Positions 31,661 to 41,220 of a stretch of 64,000 nucleotides of DNA are shown here, piece by piece (the first letter of the stretch is position 1; every line of letters begins with the position of its first letter). The translations under genes were made by a program, and so were the position numbers. The notes beneath the pieces are model-generated. The model searched no databases. It saw only the letters and a list, made by a program, of their open reading frames with translations, and was not told the origin of the DNA. The DNA comes from Gemmatimonas sp. (GTDB lineage Bacteria > Gemmatimonadota > Gemmatimonadetes > Gemmatimonadales > Gemmatimonadaceae): NCBI GenBank assembly GCA_040379205.1, contig JBEILM010000005.1:486-64485 (forward strand), written 5' to 3'.

Positions 31661-31682
31661 CAATGCAACGCTGACCATGAAG

Positions 31683-31755
31683 AGCGGGAAACGGGACTCG
31701 AACCCGCGACCCCAACCTTGGCAAGGTTGTGCTCTACCAACTGAGCTATTCCCGC
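31683..31755 (-). tRNA. tRNA-Gly(GCC)
   Basis: GCGGGAATAGCTCAGTTGGTAGAGCACAACCTTGCCAAGGTTGGGGTCGCGGGTTCGAGTCCCGTTTCCCGCT; CCA not encoded. Confidence 0.97.
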
Positions 31756-31819
31756 ATACCTGCTGCCCCCCCCGATTCTAGCCATGACGCGGGGCGCGGA
31801 CAAGCACCCCTCACCGCCC

Positions 31820-33628
31820 TCACTCCCGGACGCCGAGGGCGTGCGAGGCGTACCAGAGCGTGTAGGCAAGCAGGCCGGCCAGTGCGGCGTCTCCGCCGTT
31901 CCCCACCGCTCGTCCCTCGCCGTCGACCCGCTCGGCGGCGATCCCCTGGTCGAGCGGAGCGCGGCGGAGCCAGCTCATGACCTCCTGCGCTTCCGGCCCG
32001 AGGAGTCGGGCGAGCTGAGGCAGCAGCGGCCCGACGTCTCCGGCCGGCGGACGAACCGCCCGCACCGTGCGGCGGTAGAGCGAGTCATCGCGATCCATGG
32101 CCTCGTAGAGCGGCAGCCACAGCAGCGACCCCACCGTGTCATCATCGAGCGCGGTGCCACCGGCGAGGTCCACCGCTGTGGCCAGACGCGCTTTCTCACC
32201 GCGTTCGACCGCGAAATGGCGACGGATCGCCGCCCGCACCGCCGCCGGGTCTTCGACGCCCGCAGCCGCCTCCTCGTCGAGCGTCCGTCGGAACACGTCG
32301 AGGGCCATCGCCACGACGGCGTTGCCATGGAGCGTGAACGGATGGGTCGCCGGGGCTCCGGACGGCGTGACTTCGGTGGAGTAGAGCGGCAGCCGCTCGT
32401 CACGCCGGGCGTGGATGTCGTCCGACGCCAGGTACAGCGTGTCTGCCACGACCGGGTCCTCCACGATCTGACCGTCTTCCGTATCGCGAATGTACCGGTC
32501 GGTGGCAATGGCGAAGGCCGCCGGCCCCTCGAGCGAAAAGCCGGGCTGGAAGAGCGTGCCGTCGAAGTAGTTCACCCCCTGCCCCGGCGCGTACCCGTGC
32601 AGTTCACAGGCCCGCACGAGCAGCTCCCGCGCCAGACCGGAGTCCGCCAGTTGCACCGCCGGCAGGGTCCACATGAGGGCGTCCCAGTCACGCACGGTAC
32701 ACCCCATGCCATGCCACGGGGCACGCGACCGCATGAGGTAGTAGTGCGCATCGTCGAGCCCGCGGCCCACCCCGTAGAAGTAGGCGAACAGCAGGTTGCG
32801 ATTCAGGATGCGGTCCATGCCGTCACTACCCGTGGACTGCTCGAGACCGGTCAGCGCCTCGCGCGTGGCGGTCAGCAGCGCACGCCAGCCACGGCGGCGC
32901 AGGACTCCGACCGTGGCCTGCGCGCCGTCGCGCTCGGGTCCGACGGCCAGATAGAACGCCGTCTGTACCGAGCCGCCCGCCGGCGCCACGAGGGCCCGGC
33001 GAATGGCGAACGGGCGCGGCTCGCGTGACGCCCCGTCGGCCACCTCGAGCGCCGCCGGTCCATCGCAGCCGACCGCCACCGCCACGAGCCCGGGAATGGC
33101 CGCCCCTTCGAGCAGGATGATGCCGTCGTCGGTGCGACTGACCACGTGTTCGTCGTCGAACGGCCGCGCGGTGCGCACCCGCTGCTGGCGGTGGCCCAGC
33201 GTTCCCTCGAGCGCCACTTCCACGCTCACGTCGCTGCCGCCACGATTCTCGATGGCGAAGGTGTAGACGGCTCCGGCCATGTCGGCATCACGGCCGTACG
33301 GCGCGAAGATGGTGCCGCGCACCACCAGCGACCCGATCGTGCAGGTGAACGTCGGCAGCCAGCCCACCGCACGCTCCCACGCGATTCCCTCGGCCGCGAG
33401 CGCTCGGACTTCCCCGCCCACCCGCAACACCGGCCCAATCAGCGGGGTACCCTGTCCCGACAGGAACCCCGGCGACCCCGCCATTTCGATCGCGGCGCGG
33501 GCGCCACGATGCAGCACCCCCAGCGCGTGGATCGACCCGTCTGCCGGATGGATGCACGGGAGGGTCAGCCAGTGGTTGCCGGTGAGCTGCCAGGGAACCG
33601 ACGGAAGGGGCACCATGTGAACGGTCAT
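31820..33628 (-). CDS. Cytoplasmic six-hairpin (alpha/alpha)6 glycoside hydrolase-like protein, GH125-like
   Basis: NRNLLFAYFY, RDWDALMWTLPAVQLAD, YFDGTLFQPGF, HPFTLHGN, GSLLWLPLY, GIAAE resemble recalled long GH125-type proteins. The first ~380 aa of the 986-aa ORF are antisense to the neighbouring gene. Confidence 0.55.
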   Translation of the reverse strand: MTVHMVPLPSVPWQLTGNHWLTLPCIHPADGSIHALGVLHRGARAAIEMAGSPGFLSGQGTPLIGPVLRVGGEVRALAAEGIAWERAVGWLPTFTCTIGSLVVRGTIFAPYGRDADMAGAVYTFAIENRGGSDVSVEVALEGTLGHRQQRVRTARPFDDEHVVSRTDDGIILLEGAAIPGLVAVAVGCDGPAALEVADGASREPRPFAIRRALVAPAGGSVQTAFYLAVGPERDGAQATVGVLRRRGWRALLTATREALTGLEQSTGSDGMDRILNRNLLFAYFYGVGRGLDDAHYYLMRSRAPWHGMGCTVRDWDALMWTLPAVQLADSGLARELLVRACELHGYAPGQGVNYFDGTLFQPGFSLEGPAAFAIATDRYIRDTEDGQIVEDPVVADTLYLASDDIHARRDERLPLYSTEVTPSGAPATHPFTLHGNAVVAMALDVFRRTLDEEAAAGVEDPAAVRAAIRRHFAVERGEKARLATAVDLAGGTALDDDTVGSLLWLPLYEAMDRDDSLYRRTVRAVRPPAGDVGPLLPQLARLLGPEAQEVMSWLRRAPLDQGIAAERVDGEGRAVGNGGDAALAGLLAYTLWYASHALGVRE

Positions 33629-33680
33629 CACGACTGCGCGGCGAGGAATCCTGATCGGGGAGCGCGCGTCGCCAGTTGCG

Positions 33681-33709
33681 TTGACGCACCTCCGGAGCAG
33701 GGCTAATCT
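33681..33709 (+). promoter_or_regulatory. Sigma70-type promoter of the 33761 gene; -10 overlaps an opposite-strand -10
   Basis: TTGACG(33681-33686)-N17-TAATCT(33704-33709); the minus strand reads TAGATT at 33710-33705. Confidence 0.7.
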
Positions 33710-33760
33710 AGCCGGTTCGGTTCGAATCGGTCGTCTCTCGGATCCCCGTCCCCACTCGTC

Positions 33761-35452
33761 GTGCCCCCTGCGTCCATAGGCCGTCCCGTTCTGCCGCGCG
33801 TTCGCGTCCGATGGATGCTTCCCGCCGTCTCCGCGCTGCTGGGGGCCGCGTGGTCCGGCGCCGGCGCCCAGGCCGTGGCCGGTGTCGGCGATGACGCGAT
33901 TCCGCTCCCCAAGGGCGGCTATCGCTTCCTGATCTCGGGACTCTGGAACGATTACGACGCCGTGTTCCATCCCGCGGGCGGCGGCGCGCGTCGGCCGCTG
34001 CTCGCGGCACTGGCCACGCCGTCGCTCGGGACCGACTTCCTGCCCCAGCTGACCAACGCGCAGGCCGGCATTCGGGCCCTGTCCGGGGAGTCCACCTTCG
34101 CCCTCTCCCTCGGGACCCTGGACGCGTCGGGCGCCGTACGCCAGAGCATCGCCCCGATCGCGGTGGATTACGGCGTCACCCGCCGCGTGTCGGTGCGTCT
34201 GCTGGTGCCGTACGTCGAATCGCGCGACGCCACGCAACTGCTGCTCAATCGGACCGGAGGCACCGCAAATGTCGGCGCCAATCCGGCCTTCGGCGCGACC
34301 ACCGGCGCCCAGGCGCGGACGGCCAACGGCGCCCTCGTGTCCCAGATCGAACAGGCACGCACTCGTCTCAGCGCAGAGCTGGCGCGGTGCGCCGATCTGA
34401 ATGCCACCGGATGCGAGGCCATCCGTGCCAACCCGGCTGGAGCGCAGGCGCTCCTCACCCGCGCGCAGGAGACGCGCACGAATCTCGTCACCGTGTATGG
34501 CGATGCCACCCGTGGCGGCTCTCCGGTGGTGCCCATCAACGGGTCCGCGGTGCACGCCGGCGTGGTCTCCACCATCGGCGCTCTGCGGACCGACTTCAAC
34601 GCGTACGGCATCACGTCCATCTCGGCCACCGCGCCCGCCGGCGCCACTACCATCTACGGGCCCGCCGGCATGCCGATCGTCGCCTCCGACTCGGCGTTCG
34701 GCGTCGGCTATGCGCGCATCGGTGACACCCGCCGAGCGGGCATCGGCGACATCGACCTGAGTGCGACCGTGCTGCTGCACGACACCTTCGGCGCCGATCA
34801 GGTGCGCCGACTGCTCACCCCCACGCGTGGATTTCGCAGCGCACTCACGGTGGGCTGGCGATTCGGCACCGCAGGCGCGGACCGCACCGAGGATCCGTTC
34901 GACGTCCCGATCGGCGACGGGGCCAACGCCCTGCTGCTGCGCACCACCACCGACTTCATCATTTCACGCCGGGCCTGGGTGAGCGCGACGATCCGCGCGG
35001 TTCAACCGGTCGGTGATCGCGTGGCGATGGTGGTCCCTCTCCGCGACGAAGCAGCCACGTTCGGCGGGCCGCTGACGGTGGGCGATGCAGCCCGCACCCT
35101 CGGGACCCGACTCGATGTGGAGGTCGCGCAGCGGCTAGCGCTGGGTCAGTTCTTCGGTGTGTCCGGCGGACTCCTGCTGCGCCGCTGGGGCGCCGATCGC
35201 TACGCCCCGTCGGCCACCGACGCCGACGCCCCGGCGCCCGCCGCGGTGGAGGTGGAGGCGCGCACGCTGCGGGCGGCGGCTTTCGGCGTGACCTTCTCCA
35301 CGCTGGCCAGCTACGCGCGCGGCCGCTCGCGCTTCCCGGCCGAGGTCATCTACACGCACACCATGGCACTCGGAGCCTCGGGCGGGGCGATCCCGGCCGT
35401 GGCCTCCGATCGCCTCGAACTGCGCGTCTACACGGGCTTCCCGCGGCGCTGA
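33761..35452 (+). CDS. Hypothetical exported protein, possible outer-membrane beta-barrel
   Basis: Signal peptide (AGA|Q), alternating amphipathic strands, C-terminal LELRVYTGF; preceded by a canonical promoter. Confidence 0.7.
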   Translation: MPPASIGRPVLPRVRVRWMLPAVSALLGAAWSGAGAQAVAGVGDDAIPLPKGGYRFLISGLWNDYDAVFHPAGGGARRPLLAALATPSLGTDFLPQLTNAQAGIRALSGESTFALSLGTLDASGAVRQSIAPIAVDYGVTRRVSVRLLVPYVESRDATQLLLNRTGGTANVGANPAFGATTGAQARTANGALVSQIEQARTRLSAELARCADLNATGCEAIRANPAGAQALLTRAQETRTNLVTVYGDATRGGSPVVPINGSAVHAGVVSTIGALRTDFNAYGITSISATAPAGATTIYGPAGMPIVASDSAFGVGYARIGDTRRAGIGDIDLSATVLLHDTFGADQVRRLLTPTRGFRSALTVGWRFGTAGADRTEDPFDVPIGDGANALLLRTTTDFIISRRAWVSATIRAVQPVGDRVAMVVPLRDEAATFGGPLTVGDAARTLGTRLDVEVAQRLALGQFFGVSGGLLLRRWGADRYAPSATDADAPAPAAVEVEARTLRAAAFGVTFSTLASYARGRSRFPAEVIYTHTMALGASGGAIPAVASDRLELRVYTGFPRR

Positions 35453-37179
35453 GCACCACGGCGCGGTGACGACGCCGACTGCCCCGCTGTCGCCTCGTGC
35501 GTCACCGCAGCATCCTGCCCACCACGCTCCAGCAGTTCCCGGGCGTGGGCCCGGCTTACCTCACGGTCGGCGTCCCCACCAAGCATGCGCGCAATCTCGA
35601 CCACGCGGGCGTCGTCCTGCACCACGGTGGTGTCGGAGGTGGTGACCACGCCACCTTCACTCTTGCGCACGACGATGTGGTGGTGCGCGCGCGCCGCGAT
35701 CAGGGCAAGGTGCGAGATGGCCAGCACCTGATGATGCGAGGCGACGCGTCGCATGAGGGCGCCGACCTCCCACGCAACTGCGCCACCGACGCCGGCATCG
35801 ACCTCGTCGAACACCAGGGTGGGTACTTGCTGCAGCCGGGCCAGCACGGTGCTCAGTGCCAGCATCACCCGTGACAGCTCCCCACCCGACGCGATGCGGG
35901 ACAACGGGCGGGCCTCGCTGCCGGCGTTCAGGGTGGCGACCAGCAGAACCGATTCCGCGCCGCGTGCGCCAACCGCATCAAGCGGGGTGAGCACCACCTC
36001 TACCCGCCCCTCGCGCATGCCCAGTTCAGGCAGCAGCGCAGTTACGGCGTGCGCCAATTGCCCGGCGCCACGCTGACGCAATCGTGTGAGGTCGGCGGCT
36101 GCCTCCGTCAGCGCCCCTTCCGCCGCGGCGCGAGCTTCCGTGATGGCGGCCAGATCGAGCGCGCCGCCATCAACGAGGTCGAGCTCACGCTTGGCCTCCT
36201 CGCCCGTGCGCAGCACCTCGCCAAGCGTTGGGCCGTGCTTGCGCATGAGGCCCAGCAGCTGGTCGCGTCGGCGCTCGAGCGCGCGCAGGCGCTGCGGATC
36301 GGCCTCGATGGACTCGGCGTAGCTCTCGAGCTCTCGTGCCAGTTCGTCGAGGGCGTACACGGCGGCATCGAAGCCGCCCTGCAGCCGCTCCGTCTCGGGA
36401 TCGATGCGGGCCAGCGAAGCGAGCGCACGACGCACCATCGCGAGCCGCGACAGCGCAGCTCGTTCGTCGCCCGCAATGGCGGTAGCGGCCTGCGCTGCCA
36501 GCCCCTGGAGCTCTTCGGCGTGCGCCAACCGGCGGATGTCGCCGTCGAGCGCCTCGTCTTCGCCCAGGACGGGGCTGGCCTCGGCGATCTCCTGCGCCAC
36601 GAAGCGCAGGTAATCGGCACGCCGGGTGGCTTCATGCCGACGCTGCTCGAGCTCCCGCTCCCTCGCTCGCAGCGCCGCCACCGCGGCGTGCGCCTGCGCC
36701 ACGGCGTCGCGCGCCGCCGTGGCCTGCACATAGGCATCGAGCAGTTCCCGCTGATGCTCGGGGTCGACGAGCTGGCGAGAGTCATGCTGCCCATGCACGC
36801 TCACGAGCCGAGCGCCGATATCGGCCAGCACCCCCGCCGTGACGGGCGACCCGTTGATCCACGCGCGGGAGCGGCCGTTGGCGCTGACCTCGCGCTTGAG
36901 CACGAGGTGGTCGTCGTCCACCTCGACGCCGCGTTCATCCAGTGCGGCGCGGAGCTCGACATGAGTCCCCAGGTCGAAAACGCCTTCCACCGTGGCCTTC
37001 TCGGCGCCGCTGCGCACCCGATCGGACGCCGCTCGCTCGCCCAGCAGCATGCCCAGCGCACCGATGATGAGTGACTTGCCCGCGCCGGTCTCACCGGTGA
37101 GCACGTTCAGCCCACCTGCCAGTGGCAGCGTGACCGTATCGATGACGGCCACGTTGCGTATGCGCAGTTCGACGAGCAT
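35428..37179 (-). CDS. recN: DNA repair protein RecN
   Basis: MLVELRIRNVAVI, TGETGAGKS, IASGGELSRVMLAL, FDEVDAGVGG. Confidence 0.96.
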   Translation of the reverse strand: MLVELRIRNVAVIDTVTLPLAGGLNVLTGETGAGKSLIIGALGMLLGERAASDRVRSGAEKATVEGVFDLGTHVELRAALDERGVEVDDDHLVLKREVSANGRSRAWINGSPVTAGVLADIGARLVSVHGQHDSRQLVDPEHQRELLDAYVQATAARDAVAQAHAAVAALRARERELEQRRHEATRRADYLRFVAQEIAEASPVLGEDEALDGDIRRLAHAEELQGLAAQAATAIAGDERAALSRLAMVRRALASLARIDPETERLQGGFDAAVYALDELARELESYAESIEADPQRLRALERRRDQLLGLMRKHGPTLGEVLRTGEEAKRELDLVDGGALDLAAITEARAAAEGALTEAAADLTRLRQRGAGQLAHAVTALLPELGMREGRVEVVLTPLDAVGARGAESVLLVATLNAGSEARPLSRIASGGELSRVMLALSTVLARLQQVPTLVFDEVDAGVGGAVAWEVGALMRRVASHHQVLAISHLALIAARAHHHIVVRKSEGGVVTTSDTTVVQDDARVVEIARMLGGDADREVSRAHARELLERGGQDAAVTHEATAGQSASSPRRGAQRRGKPV

Positions 37180-37208
37180 CGGCCCCTCCGCGATCGGACG
37201 GTCGGACG

Positions 37209-38078
37209 TCAGGCGGTACCGCCGTCGCGCTCGGACAGACCTCCCCATCCCAGCTTGTGGCGCAACCGCGTGAAAAAGGTGGTTCCCGGAAAGCGCACGA
37301 TCCGCACCGAACTCGGCGCCCGGCGGACCACCAGCGACTCTCCACCGGTGAACGTAGTGCCGACCTGTCCATCGATCGTTACCAGAAGTTCTTCCGGCCC
37401 ATCTTCTGCACGCACCTTCACCTCGGCCTGGGGCGGCAGCACCAGCGGGCGCATGGCCAGCGTGTGCGGCGAGACGGGCGTGAGCACGATGCTCTCCACC
37501 GTCGGCACGACGATCGGGCCGCCGGCGCTCAGCGAGTAGCCGGTGGACCCGGTCGGCGTGGAAATCACCAGGCCGTCCGCCGAGTAGGAGCCGATCGGTT
37601 CGTCGTCGACGAACACCGAGAAGCGCACGACCCGCGCAAAGCCGCCCTTGTGCAGCACGACATCATTGAGCGCACGCCACCCGCACCGCTCGTGTCCATC
37701 CCGGTCGAGGGCGCACGACTCCAGCGCCATGCGCGGCTCCGAGACATAGTCGCCCCGGGCAAAGCGGCGCACCCCCTCCTCGAGGTCGGCACCGCTGCAA
37801 CTCGTGAGAAAACCGAGCCGCCCGAGGTTGATGCCGAGAATGGGCACCGTGTGTACGTCGAGGAACCGGGCGCCGCGCAGCAGCGTGCCGTCACCGCCCA
37901 GCGTGATGAGCGCGTCGACGGAATCGGGACGTCCCAGCCGATCTCCTTCTTTGGCGATCTCCCACAGTTCGTCCTCGAAGGCCAGGGTCAGCCCCAGCGA
38001 CGGCGCCATGTCCAGCAGGGTCCCGAGGATCGCCGGGAGCCCGCCGTATCCGCGATGTCCGACGACGCCGACGCGCAT
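37209..38078 (-). CDS. nadK: NAD+ kinase
   Basis: LGGDGTLL, GINLGRLGFL, LNDVV, ADGLVISTPTGSTGYSLSAGGP. Confidence 0.96.
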   Translation of the reverse strand: MRVGVVGHRGYGGLPAILGTLLDMAPSLGLTLAFEDELWEIAKEGDRLGRPDSVDALITLGGDGTLLRGARFLDVHTVPILGINLGRLGFLTSCSGADLEEGVRRFARGDYVSEPRMALESCALDRDGHERCGWRALNDVVLHKGGFARVVRFSVFVDDEPIGSYSADGLVISTPTGSTGYSLSAGGPIVVPTVESIVLTPVSPHTLAMRPLVLPPQAEVKVRAEDGPEELLVTIDGQVGTTFTGGESLVVRRAPSSVRIVRFPGTTFFTRLRHKLGWGGLSERDGGTA

Positions 38079-39970
38079 CAGCCGGCGAGCGCTTCGGAAT
38101 CGTGCAGCGCACGCACCCGATCGGCGATGGCGGCGGGATCGAGACCGGCGAGCGCCAGCTGCTTCTTGCGCGACGCCGCGTAGATGATCTTGTCAGGCAC
38201 CCCGAGCACCGCCACGCGCACATGCGGCGACTGCCGTTGGATGATCGCGCTCATGAAGGCCCCGAAGCCGTTCACCACCGTGCCCTCCTCGACCGTCAGC
38301 ACGTGTGAATGCTGCGCAAGGATGGCCGCCAGCGTGACCTCGTCATGGGGCTTGAGATACCGGCAATTGACCACCGTCACATCGAGCCCCTCCGCCGCCA
38401 GCGCGTCGGCGGCGGCGAGCGACTGCTCCACCATCGTTCCCACGGCCAGGATGGCCACCTCGCGCCCCTGCCGCACCACGTCCCAAGTGGCATACGGCGT
38501 GGCGGGGATCTGCGACATGTCGCCCGGCACGTCGGGCGACGCGTCACGCGGATAGCGGAGACAGAACGGGCCCCCGGTGTATTCGACGCCGGCGCGAAGC
38601 AGGCCGAGCATCTCGGTGCCGTTGCGCGGCGCCGTGACCGTCATGTTGGGCACCGCCAGCATGTAGGCGATGTCGTACAGGCCGGCGTGCGTCTCGCCGT
38701 CTTCACCCACGAGTCCCGCACGGTCCATGGCGAACACCACGGGCAGCTTCTGAATGGCCGCATCGTGGATGATGTTGTCGTAGCCGCGCTGAAGGAACGT
38801 GGAGTAGATCGTCACCACCGGCCGCACATTCCGGGTAGCCAGACCGGCCGCGAAGGTCACGCCATGGCCTTCGGCGATTCCGACGTCGAAGAACCGGTTG
38901 GGATACGCCTTGGCGAAGGCCGCCGTCCCCGTACCTCCCGGCATGGCCGCCGTGATGACCGCCACGTCGGAGCGCTCGGCCCCGAGTTCCACGAGCCCCC
39001 TCCCGTACACCGCCGTGTACGCAGGATTGCCCGCCGCCACCGTGAGCTGCTTGCCGGTGGCTGGATCATGATTGGGCGGCAGCGCGTGCCACTTCTCGCC
39101 GTGCTCGCCGGCGGGAAAGCCCTTGCCCTTCTTGGTGATGACGTGCACGAGACGCGGCGTGTTCATGTCGCGCACCGCCGTGAACGTGTCCATCAGCGCA
39201 TCGATGTCGTGCCCGTCGATGGGGCCGAAATAACGGAAGCCGAGTTCCTCGAACAGCACGCCCGGGGTGAGGAACGACTTCACGCTCTCTTCCCACTTGC
39301 GAAGCAGCGTGCCCGCCCCCTGGAACGGACCGGGCGCGTGATCGACGATGTCCCCGATGCGCGAGCGTAGCCGATTGTAGAGCGGATTGCGCTGGATGCT
39401 CGTGAGGTACTTGTGCATCGCCCCGACGTTCGGGGCGATCGACATTTCGTTGTCGTTCAGCACCACGATGATGTCGCGGTCGGAGTGCCCGGCGTTGTTG
39501 AGCCCCTCGTACGCCAACCCCGATCCCAGCGACCCGTCACCGATGACGGCGGCCACCTTGAACGACTCCCCCATCACGTCACGGCCGGCCGCCATGCCGA
39601 GCGCCGCCGAAATCGCCGTGGCCGCATGTCCGGCGCCGAACGTGTCGTACTCGCTCTCGGTGCGCTTGAGGAAGCCCGACAGCCCGCCCTCCTGGCGCAG
39701 CGTCTCCATGCGGCCGTTGCGGCCGGTCAGGAGCTTGTGCGGGTAGCCTTGGTGCCCGACGTCCCACACGATGTGGTCTTTGGGCGTGTCGAAGGCGGCG
39801 TGCAGGGCGATGGTGAGTTCCACCACGCCGAGCCCGGCGCCGATGTGCCCGCCCGTACGCGAGCACACATCGATGAGACGCTCGCGCATGTCCTGGGCCA
39901 GGACACGCATCTCGTCGCGCGAGAGGCGACGAACGTCAGCGGGCGAATTGATGCCTTCGAGAAGGGACAT
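38078..39970 (-). CDS. dxs: 1-deoxy-D-xylulose-5-phosphate synthase
   Basis: GGHIGAGLG, WDVGHQGYPHK, LNDNEMSI, DVGIAEGH, DRAGLVGEDGETH. Confidence 0.97.
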   Translation of the reverse strand: MSLLEGINSPADVRRLSRDEMRVLAQDMRERLIDVCSRTGGHIGAGLGVVELTIALHAAFDTPKDHIVWDVGHQGYPHKLLTGRNGRMETLRQEGGLSGFLKRTESEYDTFGAGHAATAISAALGMAAGRDVMGESFKVAAVIGDGSLGSGLAYEGLNNAGHSDRDIIVVLNDNEMSIAPNVGAMHKYLTSIQRNPLYNRLRSRIGDIVDHAPGPFQGAGTLLRKWEESVKSFLTPGVLFEELGFRYFGPIDGHDIDALMDTFTAVRDMNTPRLVHVITKKGKGFPAGEHGEKWHALPPNHDPATGKQLTVAAGNPAYTAVYGRGLVELGAERSDVAVITAAMPGGTGTAAFAKAYPNRFFDVGIAEGHGVTFAAGLATRNVRPVVTIYSTFLQRGYDNIIHDAAIQKLPVVFAMDRAGLVGEDGETHAGLYDIAYMLAVPNMTVTAPRNGTEMLGLLRAGVEYTGGPFCLRYPRDASPDVPGDMSQIPATPYATWDVVRQGREVAILAVGTMVEQSLAAADALAAEGLDVTVVNCRYLKPHDEVTLAAILAQHSHVLTVEEGTVVNGFGAFMSAIIQRQSPHVRVAVLGVPDKIIYAASRKKQLALAGLDPAAIADRVRALHDSEALAG

Positions 39971-40068
39971 GGAAGCTCGGGAAAGCGTCGCGACAGACAG
40001 TCGAAACGGTCAGGAACCACGGGGGAAACGGACGAACACGGGCGAACCCACCACCAGCAACCTCCACA

Positions 40069-40998
40069 TCAGGAGCGACGTTCGACGATGTACCGGGCCA
40101 ATTGCTCGAGGGGGGCCGTGAGCAGCCCTTCCTCGTGCAGCGCGGCGCAGCCGTCTTCGACCAACGCCACCGCCCGCTCGATCGCTCCCTCGACCCCCAG
40201 CAGCGCCGGGTAGGTGCTCTTGTTGAGGTCGAGGTCACGGCCGGCGGTCTTGCCGAGTTGGTCGGTGGTCGCAGTGATGTCGAGCACGTCGTCGGCAATC
40301 TGGAACGCGAGGCCGATGGCTGCGCCGTAGCGCGCCAGGGCGACCCGCCGCGCCTCCGGGGCCTCGGCCGCCCGCGCGCCCAGCGACACGGAGGCCGTGA
40401 TCAGCGCCCCCGTCTTGAGTCGGTGCACGCGCTCCAGCGCGTCGAGGGTGAGATGCACCCCTTCGGCCTCGAGGTCGAGCAGCTGGCCGCCGATCATACC
40501 GCCGGCCCCCGAGGCGTCCATCAGGTCGCGCACGATATCGCCCGAGACCACATCGGACAGCCCCATCGCCTTGGCGGCATGCCAGGCGCTGCGCGCGGCC
40601 AGCGGAACCATGGCCAACCCGGCGGCGGTGGCCACCGGTACACCGTACACCCGATGCACCGTGGGGCGCCCGCGGCGCACGTCGTCGTCGTCCATGCACG
40701 GCAGATCGTCGTGCACCAGCGAATAGGCGTGCACGACCTCCACCGACGCCGCGAGGTCGAGGGCGTCACCAGTACCGCCACAAGCCCGGTACGCCTCGAG
40801 CAGGAGAATGGCGCGCAGGCGCTTGCCCTCGCCGAGCAGCGCATACCGGATGGCCTCGGCGGTGAGCGGCGCGATGTCGGCCAACCACCGGGCGCAGAAG
40901 CCGTCGAGGGCGCGCTGCACCGCGACGCGCTCATGGGCGAACGTCCGCGCGGTATCCTCGGACATGGCCAAGGGGGCGGCGAATTCCCCGGTGTACAT
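40069..40998 (-). CDS. ispA: Polyprenyl diphosphate synthase (IspA-like)
   Basis: GKRLR, HAYSLVHDDLPCMDDDDVRRG, FQIADDVLD, GKTAGRD. Confidence 0.93.
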   Translation of the reverse strand: MYTGEFAAPLAMSEDTARTFAHERVAVQRALDGFCARWLADIAPLTAEAIRYALLGEGKRLRAILLLEAYRACGGTGDALDLAASVEVVHAYSLVHDDLPCMDDDDVRRGRPTVHRVYGVPVATAAGLAMVPLAARSAWHAAKAMGLSDVVSGDIVRDLMDASGAGGMIGGQLLDLEAEGVHLTLDALERVHRLKTGALITASVSLGARAAEAPEARRVALARYGAAIGLAFQIADDVLDITATTDQLGKTAGRDLDLNKSTYPALLGVEGAIERAVALVEDGCAALHEEGLLTAPLEQLARYIVERRS

Positions 40999-41220
40999 CT
41001 ACGCCCCGAACTCGACAACCGAGAAGGAACCGTCGGCGGCCTCGACGAGCTGTTGCACTCGCGCATCGACGGCCTTGAGCGCCGTCCCCGCCGAGCGGAG
41101 ATGCGAAATACCCTCCTCGAACAGGCGCAGCGACTGCTCCAGGTCGAGCTCGTTGCGCTCCAGATCGCGAACGATCTCCTCCAGGCGAGTCAGGGACTGT
41201 TCGAAGCTCACGTCGGTCAT
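40999..41220 (-). CDS. xseB: Exodeoxyribonuclease VII small subunit
   Basis: SFEQSLTRLEEIV..LE...LDLEQSL..FEEG. Confidence 0.95.
   Translation of the reverse strand: MTDVSFEQSLTRLEEIVRDLERNELDLEQSLRLFEEGISHLRSAGTALKAVDARVQQLVEAADGSFSVVEFGA

Noticed and set aside
31583-31682. tRNA-Cys between tRNA-Gly and tRNA-Leu
   Set aside because: No cloverleaf or TTCGA T-loop; only a terminator hairpin.
33629-34780. 986-aa version of the GH-like ORF
   Set aside because: The extra N-terminal ~380 aa are antisense to the 33761-35452 gene and span its promoter.
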